A stretch of 20,073 nucleotides of DNA from a virus (Duplodnaviria; Heunggongvirae; Uroviricota; Caudoviricetes): positions 130,713 to 150,785 of the IMG/VR virus record IMGVR_UViG_2910649936_000002. One strand, 5' to 3'. A model generated the notes under the pieces. That model searched no databases, was not told the DNA's origin, and worked only from the letters and a program-made list of their open reading frames with translations. A program made the position numbers and the translations under genes. This document shows positions 1-9,240 of this stretch, piece by piece (positions within the stretch are counted from its first letter, which is position 1; the number at the start of each line of letters is the position of its first letter).

Positions 1-1
1 T

Positions 2-1203
2 GATTCTTACTGGCAAAATTTAGTCAAGAATGGTGCTATAGATATCACAACTATAACTGATGAGTCATTGAAAGAAAGTATTGACGAATATCGGGATTGG
101 TATGAAAAAGCCCTTGACGTGCAAGACACGATTGCAGACATGCAACAAGAATTACTTGATCTTGCCGTTGAGAAACTAGAAAATATAGAACAATATTTCG
201 AAAATCGTACCGATTATAATGATAACTTCGGATATCTTACCCCTCTTACTACTCTACAAGAAGCTGTAGATAAACTAACAAAAGAACTGGACAAGCAAGT
301 TTCTGACGGTGTAATTAAAGAGTTTTCTAACGAGTGGTATGAAAGCATGGAGCGCATTAATTCAGCGCAAGAAAAACTTTTTGAAGCCACTCTTAAAAAG
401 TATCAAGACATTATAGATAATCTTACTCGCATTAGTGATACTCTGGATAATTCCATTGCATTAAAAGAAGCTCGTGATGAACCGATTCTTGAATCTGATT
501 ATCAAAAGCAAATGGATATTAGTAATAAATCCATACAAGAATTATACGATAAACGTCAGGTATTATTAAAACAACAGGCAATTTATGATGTAGGTTCTGT
601 AAAATACGACGAAATCGCGGACGAGATTGCTGATATTGATGACGATATTTATGGACTTCTTACTGACATTGAAGAACTTAAAGATAAAATCTGGGAAGTC
701 AGATGGCAGCCTTTCTTTGATGGTCAGGAAGCATTGTCAGATCTAATTGATGAGACTGATGAATTTAGAAATCTTTTGGATTCTGATGCGTTTGTAAGTG
801 AAACTGGTGGATTGACGGATTCAGGTTTGGCTAATATTGCTTTAATAAGCCAATCTATGAATGCGGCGAAACAATCTATTGCAAATTACAGAAAAGCATT
901 AGAGAATCTACAAAAAGATTATGATAACGGTAATATCTCCTTAGAAGAATATAAGGAGAACAACAAAGAGTTTATCAATAATATTGCGGAAAATGTTGGT
1001 GTAGTTGAATCCTACAGGGACGAAATCGTTTCTCTTTGGGAAGAGATGGTTAAGGCAGAAAATGATGTCATCCAAGATTCAATTGATAAGCATCGTGAAC
1101 TTTTACAAGCGAAAAAAGATAATGACGATTACAGTAGAACTGTTAAAAATCAAGTTAAGGATATCAATGCGCTTCAGGCACAGATATCAGCGTTAGAATC
1201 GGT
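2..1203 (+). CDS. Tail tape measure protein, exon 1 (begins upstream of the window; interrupted by a group I intron)
   Basis: Frame 2 is open from base 2 (DSYWQNLVKNGAIDITTITDESLKESIDEYRDWYEKAL...), so TTG at 68 is not the true start. Acidic, helical/coiled-coil composition, upstream of Dit and Tal. The exon ends at ...GAA TCG GT (U1203), the predicted 5' splice site. Confidence 0.85.
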
Positions 1204-2750
1204 AAATATATTGCCGAATGTGTTTTAATTGCTGGGAACTCCTAAAGTTCTATAAACTACAACATAAGCATGAAATAAGGCTAAGTGTGAATGTGTGAAA
1301 ATTATAGAAATGGATATGCTAGATGCAATCTTCTAGGTCATAGACGTAAAATGGACAATCAGCAGCGAAGCCTCGAATAGAGGAACGTTCAACGATCAAT
1401 GGGTGATGAGTGTAACCCATGTAAGACCGCAAGCGATTGGCGGTTTGAAACAAACACACTGTTTATTAAGCAATTAAATATTATTCATAGAATCACGTTG
1501 AAACATACGTGATTTTTTCTTGCGTAACCTTATAAATCAAAAATTTAAAAAGAGAATAAAAAGAATGGAGGTGGAAAATGTTAGTAGAAAAACAAAAGAT
1601 TGAAGTTAGGTGGAATGGGAGCAATCGAAAATGGTATGAAGAAAAAGGGTATAAATTTACCAAAATAAGAGATGGTTTTATCGTCAAACCAGAAGATTTG
1701 CCTGATTACTCTCATCATAAAGTTGAAGTTATTTGTGATTTTTGTAATCGTCAATATATTTTAGAATACAGAGACTACTTAAAAAATATTAAAAGAAATA
1801 ACAAAAAATTTCATTGTTTTATTTGTGGAAACAGAAAACATATTAAAAACATTAATCATTCTACCTCAAAAAATAAGCTTTCCGTTGATGAAGTAATTAA
1901 AAGAATAGAGAGTAAAAATAAAAATAAATTGTTAAATCCAGAAGATTATAAAAATCAAAACACATCAAATTTGAAAGTATTGTGTGGTAGTTGTGGCAGT
2001 GAGTTTCTGACAAGTCTTAGTTCTATAAAAAATGGTGATGGAGCCTGTTTGAAATGTGCAAATAAAAAAACAAGTGAAAAGCAAAAACTTTCAAGCGAAG
2101 AGGTCAAACGAAGAATTGATGCTGTAAATAATAATAAATTGTTAAATCCAAAAGATTATAGAGATAATCATACACCAAACCTAAAAATAAAATGTGGGGA
2201 TTGTGGTGAAATTTACGTGACTACACTCGCAAATTATGAATATAATCAAAAGATACGATGCGATAAATGTTCTCAGAGAATAAGTGTTCCAGAAAGAAAA
2301 GTTATGGAATTATTAAATTTCTATAGTATCAATTATAAATATAACTATAGATTTTCTGATTGTAAAGGAAAAAACAGAGCACTTCCTTTTGATTTTTGGA
2401 TTGAAGATTTAAACACTATTATTGAAACAGATGGAAGACATCATTATCATTCCGTATGGGGCGAAGAACATTTTCAAAGAACAAAATTATACGATGGAAT
2501 AAAAGATAAATATTGTAAAAATAAGAACATACAACTTATTAGAATTCCTTATTGGGAATTTGATAATATAGAAGATATCTTAATAAAAAAATTAAATTTA
2601 AAACCTCTTAATCAAAACAAAAAAATAAAATACATACCCAAAAAGAAAATTGCTTAATTTTACAGAAGATATGATCTGAACTCATAGGAAACTATGAGGA
2701 GAGTGCTACTACTCTCCCACTTATGTAGCGAATAAGTGGAAACATAATTG
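1204..2750 (+). ncRNA. Group I self-splicing intron (IA-like) with an ORF in the P8 loop
   Basis: P1: exon UCGGU(1199-1203) pairs with GCCGA(1213-1217), with U.G at the splice site. P element AATTGCTGGGAA at 1227-1238, Q element AATCAGCAGC at 1357-1366, P7 GATCA(1394-1398)/TGATC(2672-2676) within S element AAGATATGATCT. P9 hairpin CTCATAG-GAAA-CTATGAG at 2681-2698, terminal G at 2750. Removal gives in-frame ...ALES-V-NNESAKAELKRL... Confidence 0.93.
1578..2657 (+). CDS. Intron-encoded putative homing endonuclease: repeated CxxC Zn-ribbon modules plus a C-terminal Vsr/DUF559-like (EDxHD-type) nuclease domain
   Basis: RBS GGAGGTG upstream. Six CxxC pairs, a duplicated module (KLLNPxDY...NLKxxCGxCG), and C-terminal PFDFWIEDLNTIIETDGRHHY...D..K...C..KNIQLIRIPYW. 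Very Lys-rich; lies between the P8 strands of the intron. Confidence 0.85.
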   Translation: MLVEKQKIEVRWNGSNRKWYEEKGYKFTKIRDGFIVKPEDLPDYSHHKVEVICDFCNRQYILEYRDYLKNIKRNNKKFHCFICGNRKHIKNINHSTSKNKLSVDEVIKRIESKNKNKLLNPEDYKNQNTSNLKVLCGSCGSEFLTSLSSIKNGDGACLKCANKKTSEKQKLSSEEVKRRIDAVNNNKLLNPKDYRDNHTPNLKIKCGDCGEIYVTTLANYEYNQKIRCDKCSQRISVPERKVMELLNFYSINYKYNYRFSDCKGKNRALPFDFWIEDLNTIIETDGRHHYHSVWGEEHFQRTKLYDGIKDKYCKNKNIQLIRIPYWEFDNIEDILIKKLNLKPLNQNKKIKYIPKKKIA

Positions 2751-4167
2751 AAACAACGAAAGTGCCAAAGCAGAACTTAAGAGACTCAGGAGTCAATTAG
2801 CTGATGCTGAAAGTGAACTTGAGCAAACGCAGAAAGATCGTGAATATGAGATAAGACAAAGTGGATATGATTCACTCAGTAGCGACCTTAACGAAGCACT
2901 TGATGATACTTTAAATAATGTCAAGTATAATGCTTCTGAGCAAGAGCAAGTTATTTCTGAAATGTTGAATCATATTGTTAATAATTACGCTGATGCTTAC
3001 GATAAAATAAATGAAATCATTCATAACACTGGCTTCACGCCATCAAAAGATTTTCAAGAAAATATCAATAACATAGGTTCACAATCTGGTGCTGAAAGTC
3101 AAGTTAATGATAGTAATACTATTGCTCCTGAATATAAGCCAGATGATTTCGTTACAGATACACCAACCGATCAGATTCAGTCTGATTCAAGTCAAGCGAA
3201 TAATGATAGTATAGAATCTGAAATTGAAAAAGAGCCTAATATAGATAATCGTCCCGTTGCATTAATTGAATTAAAACCTAAATCTGTATCTGTACAGGAA
3301 GGTAAAAGTACAACTATAACTGCTAATATCCGTCCTACGGATGCAGCAAATAAAAAAGTGCAATGGACATCATCAAATACTAGTATCGCAACAGTTAGTA
3401 ATGGAACTGTCAAAGGTATAAAGCCTGGTAGTACAACAATTACATGTATGGCAATGGATGGTTCGGGAATATCTGCTACATGTGGCGTGACCGTTACAAA
3501 AAAGCCTGATCCACCTAAGCCAAAACCGCCATCTTCTGGTGGGGATGGAATTCCGCGAGTAGGTGACGTTGTAACCTTTACAGGTACGTATTACTATGAT
3601 TCTTGGGGACAATCCCCAGCCGGGAATTTATATTCCGGCGTTAAAGGTGGCGTTGTTATTGATAGCTACTCTGGCACAGAATACGGAGGTTCTTCAAGTT
3701 TTCACGGAGGTTTGGGTATTCATATTAAAAGTGCCGATGGCAGATATGGTGATTTGGGATGGGTATCGCTTAGTCAAATTAGCGGATATGCAAAAGGTAC
3801 TAGAGGTGTTACTTCTGCATTAGAAATTGCTAAAGTTAACGAACTTGGCACAGAGCTAATCATGAGACGTGGTGGAGATGATTATACTGTATTGCAATAT
3901 GGTGATGCCGTTTTACCTAAAAACTTGAGTGATAACATGTTTACTTTAGCTGGACATGCAAATGAGATCATAAGTGGACTTGGAAATAATACTACTAATA
4001 GAGAACTTTCTATTACTAACCATTATGATAGTTTATTGACTGTGAATGGGAATGTGGATAAAAATGCATTACCTGAATTAAAGAAGTTACTTGAAGAATC
4101 TTATCGTTATACCTCTCAAAAATTGTACAAAGACGCTGGATTCATGGGAATGAAGAGAAAAATATAA
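2751..4167 (+). CDS. Tail tape measure protein, exon 2 (C-terminus with an Ig-like Big_2 domain and an SH3-like region)
   Basis: Frame is open from 2752 (NNESAKAELKRLRSQLADAESELEQTQKDREYE...) into the 2962 ORF. Big_2 pattern at ~3253-3498 (IRPTDAANKKVQWTSSNTSIATVSNGTVKGIKPGSTTIT). The ending GYAKGT...VNELGTELI...GDAVLP is typical of tape measure C-termini. Confidence 0.85.
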
Positions 4168-4187
4168 TATATTAATGTGCAATTCTC

Positions 4188-4196
4188 TGTTAAAAT
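4188..4196 (+). promoter_or_regulatory. Possible extended -10 promoter (TGnTAAAAT) for the moron
   Basis: TGTTAAAAT about 30 nt upstream of ATG 4228. The region is very AT-rich, so a chance match is possible. Confidence 0.35.
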
Positions 4197-4227
4197 AATT
4201 ATAAATATATTAATGGAGGATTGCACC

Positions 4228-4701
4228 ATGTCAATTGTAATTAAAAACCAAATTCAAATTCCATCAGTTTCTGTTATGCCCGGCTTCGGTTCAAAAATTA
4301 ATTTGTCTTCTAATACTACCGTAACAGCGCGTGAATGTAAATTATTTGAAATTGCATTACATATGGTCTGCAAACTATATCAGCATGAAAAGCGTAACTT
4401 ATCTGAATTTCCTAAAATGAACATTCTATTTACTTATGATTTTACTTTCGAATTTCAAAATAATAGTGCTACAAATTTAGGATTATATATGAATCTCATT
4501 ATATATTCAATGCAAAATATAAGAAATAATATTATTACGGAATTAAATTATTTGGCTATATATATTGAAGAATTATGTCACTGCGTTTGGCATATTGATG
4601 ATGAGTTAATAGTAAAAAACAAAGTAATTGAAGTATTTAAATTGTCTGGATTAAATGTTACAGAGGAATTATTTTATTTAAAAGGAGGTAAGGTCGAATA
4701 A
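4228..4701 (+). CDS. Hypothetical moron protein (157 aa) with an EELCH zincin-like motif
   Basis: GGAGG RBS precedes ATG 4228, which is preferred over GTG 4177. Very AT-rich. Contains YIEELCHCVWHIDDE. Lies between the tape measure and Dit genes. Confidence 0.7.
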   Translation: MSIVIKNQIQIPSVSVMPGFGSKINLSSNTTVTARECKLFEIALHMVCKLYQHEKRNLSEFPKMNILFTYDFTFEFQNNSATNLGLYMNLIIYSMQNIRNNIITELNYLAIYIEELCHCVWHIDDELIVKNKVIEVFKLSGLNVTEELFYLKGGKVE

Positions 4702-4874
4702 TGTCGTCAAATGAAGCTTCCAACAAATCTCGTGATTCATATTATGACACAATTATTAATGACTTGATTAACGATCTTCATCAGGAAGAAGCTATAAATT
4801 TATCTTGTTCTGACTGGAAGGTAAATGTTACTAACATTACGCCTTATACATTAGATAAAAGTAAGACTGTATAA
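4701..4874 (+). CDS. Small hypothetical protein (57 aa; MSSNEASNKSRDSYYDTIINDLINDLHQEE...SKTV), not in the ORF track
   Basis: TAATG stop/start overlap with the upstream gene, AAGGAGGT RBS at 4682-4689, and a terminator-like hairpin downstream. Confidence 0.65.
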   Translation: MSSNEASNKSRDSYYDTIINDLINDLHQEEAINLSCSDWKVNVTNITPYTLDKSKTV

Positions 4875-4894
4875 TTGTAATATAAGTATTTATT

Positions 4895-4929
4895 GAGGTG
4901 TCATTATGGCACCTCTAATTTTATTTTTT
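4895..4929 (+). terminator. Intrinsic terminator-like hairpin after the moron
   Basis: GAGGTGTCA-TTA-TGGCACCTC stem (one G.U pair) followed by TAATTTTATTTTTT. Confidence 0.65.
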
Positions 4930-4950
4930 AAGTGAGGTGATAAATAAAAA

Positions 4951-6033
4951 ATGATATTAGTGTGTAAAGATTTCAACTATGACAATAAATCTCTTATAAA
5001 TCAAAAATATATGTCTGTAAATTTTGAAGATGATACTAGTCTACCATCTTCTATTTCTCGTACTATGGAAACAAGCGATATGAATAAATATCGCCCTGAA
5101 GAAAATGGTTTTGGTATTACATATTCAGAAGTATTAGAATTTGAGGTGCACATTGTAAAGAATTTTGATGAATTCACATCACAATCCGAAATGGAGTTTT
5201 CTAATACCGAATACGAAAAGCTAGTTTCTTGGTTGACGTCGCCACAAACCAATCAATGGATGGAAGTCACAAAAGAAAGTGGAGAGAAAACCAAAGTCAA
5301 AGGTTACTTCTCTTCTGTTGAGCCATACGATAATTGGGGAATTTGTTATGGAGCAAAATGCACTTTTACATGCAACTCTCCGTTCTCTTATACTAGTAAG
5401 GAAATAGAACAGACTATTTCCGGTGTTACAAATTTCCTTGTCAACAACGAAAGTAGCGAATTATATGATTACGTATATCCTACACTCTTAATTGAGCCTA
5501 CCAAAAATGAAGAAATCTATATCCATAATTTATCAGATTCAATAATTCTTGAAAATAGTACAATCACACTTTCAGAGGATACCAGTTCAAACATCACCGC
5601 ACTTCAACAAAAAATTTCTTCTTATGCAGCTTTAAATAATCTAACCGTTGAGTATGTCATTGATGATACAACACAAGACTTAAAACTGATTTGTGATAAT
5701 ACTGGATTGCTATTTTATATGACGGACTCATACGGTATTAAAAATAAATATGTTGCTTATTATTTGAAAGCGGATGGACAATATTTTATATGTCAAAGTG
5801 GATTTTTCTACTGCAAATTATCTCAGGCGTTGAAAGTTAAAATTAATTGTAAAAATCTTGGAATGTATGATTCATTAGGGCGCCCTGTTCTTTTTGACAC
5901 TATGGGTATTCAGGATGAAGATGAAATATATTGGCTTCGTTTGATACATGGAAATAATAGTTTCAGGGTTATGGGAAATTGTAAAATAACTATCTCCTAT
6001 CTTGAAGCACATAAAGGAGGACTAATTTCATGA
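4951..6033 (+). CDS. Distal tail protein (Dit)-like
   Basis: Lies between the tape measure and Tal genes. GAGGTG RBS. Dit-like motifs: N-terminal DFNYDNKSL, LVSWLTSP, FTCNSPFSY, and C-terminal WLRLIHGNNSFRVMGNCKITISY. Confidence 0.75.
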   Translation: MILVCKDFNYDNKSLINQKYMSVNFEDDTSLPSSISRTMETSDMNKYRPEENGFGITYSEVLEFEVHIVKNFDEFTSQSEMEFSNTEYEKLVSWLTSPQTNQWMEVTKESGEKTKVKGYFSSVEPYDNWGICYGAKCTFTCNSPFSYTSKEIEQTISGVTNFLVNNESSELYDYVYPTLLIEPTKNEEIYIHNLSDSIILENSTITLSEDTSSNITALQQKISSYAALNNLTVEYVIDDTTQDLKLICDNTGLLFYMTDSYGIKNKYVAYYLKADGQYFICQSGFFYCKLSQALKVKINCKNLGMYDSLGRPVLFDTMGIQDEDEIYWLRLIHGNNSFRVMGNCKITISYLEAHKGGLIS

Positions 6034-8774
6034 AAATTAATCGTGATTTTTATAATCGAAATGAGCCGTCTCGGATTTATCTGTCTACTCCAAACAAGCA
6101 ATTATTATGCGCTTTAAATAGTGTAGATATAGATAGTGTAGATTTTCAAGGGAATTGCAATGACATATCTACTATAAGCTTCAATATAAACCAGTATATT
6201 GAGGATGATTCAGGAAGGCAAATCGAAGCAAATGGATACCAACTTATATCTAAATATACGAAATTATATGTAACAAATATTGGCTGGTTTATATTAGGAG
6301 CACCAGAAACTCATCATAATGGAACGTATGAATATAAAACAATCAATGCTTCTTCTGCTCAAGTTGAATACAGTCAGGTTCCTCTTGATGGTTGGAAGGT
6401 AAATCGTGGTACTACAGATTCACTTGAAATGCTCGTCGAAGGTAATGTAGAAATTATTAACGATGTAGAGTTCGCAAAAGAAAATATCAAATTTCATTAT
6501 CCCGAAAAACCCGAATTGAGTTTAGTAGATATAATAGTTTCAAAGGTTCCCGGTTGGCAAGTCGGCTATGTAGATAACATCCCTAAAACTTATGAAAGTA
6601 TTGAAAATGGAGAAATTGTTACAAAAGATGTACTACTCGCAGATGAAGTGGGTACGTTTGATATTAACTCTAGTAACTGTTTCTCTTTTTTAATGCAAGA
6701 TTTTGAAAAATATTTTAATTGTGTTGTGGATTTCGATTATTTAAATTTTGTAGTTAATTTTTACAGAGTAGAAAATTTTGGAAAAGATACAAGCGTTACG
6801 ATTGGATTTAGAAATATTGAAAATTCTAACGACGTTGTAATTGACGAAGATAATATTTTTACTAAGTTTCGTGTTTCAGGTGGAGATAATCTTGGCATTG
6901 AACAATTTAATGGCGGAAGTAATTATCTTACAATTATTGAAGACTATTGGTTAAATAACAAATATCTAAGTGACTCTACTATTCAAAAATATAAGGCTTG
7001 GACTGCATTTTGTAATGTTGCAAGATATCAATATGGGGAATATTCTAAAACATGGAATACGTTGCAAGAAGAAATCTCTGAATTATATAATCGTATTCCA
7101 GTCAGTGATTGTGATCCTAGTAATTGGTCTAGTTTAAGTGATTCTGCTTTACTAAATTTAAAATCGGATTACGAAGCTCAAAAACTAGGATATGAAAAAA
7201 TATATGTAGATGATGAAGGAAACTTCGATATAGAAGCATTAGACGCTTCACCAGATGCAAATACCTATCATCAAATTGTAGATACTATTCTTCCTAATAT
7301 TGACATAGAAATTAATAACAGAGGTTTGGAGTCCTCACTAGATATTGAAGATTATATAGATAATTATTATACAGACTGGGATTATTATGGTATTAATGAG
7401 CTTACTATAAGATTACAATCCTATCAAGATATTGTAAATCTATTGAAAAAAGATCACTATGATTTAACTTGGGAAGAATATCAAGAAAAATCAAAGGAAG
7501 ACATTGAAAAATACCCAGTGCAAACTTCAGACGGATTTGAGGACAAGCACAATGAATATATAAAAAATGCAGAACAGTTAGATGATAGCAATATCGATTC
7601 ATGCGCATACGCTTTGAAACAAAGGCAAACCGAAGCAGATATAAAACAAGAACAGCAAGACGAAGTTAATTCAAACCGTTCTTCTCTAGCACAAAAAATG
7701 GATATGAAAACATGGCAGGGACAAGAAACTTTACAAAGTGAAGCTTCAACTGGTTTCACCCAAAAAGAGTTGGATGAGATATCACATATAATTAATCAAA
7801 GTACATATGTAAATGAAAATATATTTGTCTCTTCTACCGAAGGACTTACAGATACAATATTGATGCAGCAAAAATTATGTGAAACTGCTCTTGATGATTT
7901 ATCTGCATATTCTATACCCCAAGCTACTTATACGACTACAATGAATAATATACTTTCTGCCTTTGGAAATGAAATGCATGCACATGATTTATATTATGGT
8001 AATTTTATTAGACTTGGACTTACAGATACATATTATGTAAAATTACGAGTTATGAGTATATCCTTCAATCCATGCTTATACAATAACGACTTTACTATCC
8101 AGTTTTCCAATATGATTAAGTCTGGAAAAGCTCGTAATGATTTTGTATCACTTCTAGATATGGCTGGAAATCTAAGTAACTCATCTGTAGACACTAGTTA
8201 CTCCGGCAATCCACAAATTACTGATGACAACATCTATCAACTTTTACAAAAGTTATTGCAATCCTCTGCCTTTAACAATAAAGTAGACCATATCGTAAAC
8301 AATAATCCAGGAGGAACCGGAAACAGCTATCTTAAACCAGGCGATATTTATCAGAATAATGGTTTTTTTCAGTATATTCAGTCTGAATTAATTGCTGCCG
8401 GAGAAATTGTTGCGAATAGTGGAGATTTTAAAGATTTACAAGCATTAGTTGCTGCCATTGATAATTTGTTGGCTGGCAATGTAAGTGCAGAACTAGCCCA
8501 TATTATCAATCTTACTGCTAAAAATGTAAATATCGATGAAGCTGTAATTCGTGATTTAATTGCTGCTCAAATAACTGTATCTATGCTTCAGGCAGGTGAT
8601 ATATCTGCAAATAAATTTCATATCATTTCCGATGATGGAGGGCTGTCTATTGTTGGAAATACAATGCAGTTTAAAGATAAAAACGATACTGTACGCATAC
8701 AAATTGGAAGAGATTCTAACAACGACTTTACTTTTGTATTATATGATGAAACAGGCAAGGGAATACTTATTGAT
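6030..8774 (+). CDS. Tal/tail spike (baseplate hub) protein, exon 1
   Basis: ATGA overlap with Dit and an AAAGGAGG RBS. N-terminal hub-like region, then GNFIRLG...VKLRVMSISFN and repetitive beta-rich segments. The apparent TAA (8775-8777) is the first three bases of the IStron. Confidence 0.8.
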
Positions 8775-9240
8775 TAAATGTGAGCCGCACACTTGTGACT
8801 TTAGTCATGAGTTAGGCTGACAAATAGTCAGTGTATAGGGAAACCTGTACATAGAGACGTAAAACCGTCCAATATACTACCTGAATTGCTGGAAATGCGT
8901 AAAGCTAAACTAACTACAACATAAGGATGAAACATACCTAAGTGTGAATGTTGCGAAAGCAGAAAAAATAGTTTAGATGGAATATGGTTAAATCCTAAGT
9001 TCTATACATTTACAAATCGCAAATCAGCAGCGAAGCTCCAAATAGGAGAACGTTCAACGACCATTCCTCTTGAGGGAAGTACATGCAAGCGCATGGAAGT
9101 GGGTAGACCCTAACGTGTGATGACGAGGGATAAGATATGGTCTGTGCTTATGTGAAAACATAAGAAGTTCATAAGAGAACTGTATAGGAAGTAGCGTTCC
9201 TATATGAACGACAACCTCGAAAACGATTAAAGAACCTATT

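Noticed and set aside
68-4167. Reading 68-1228 and 2962-4167 as two genes or as a pseudogene
   Set aside because: Intron removal joins them in frame, and the frame is open upstream of both annotated starts.
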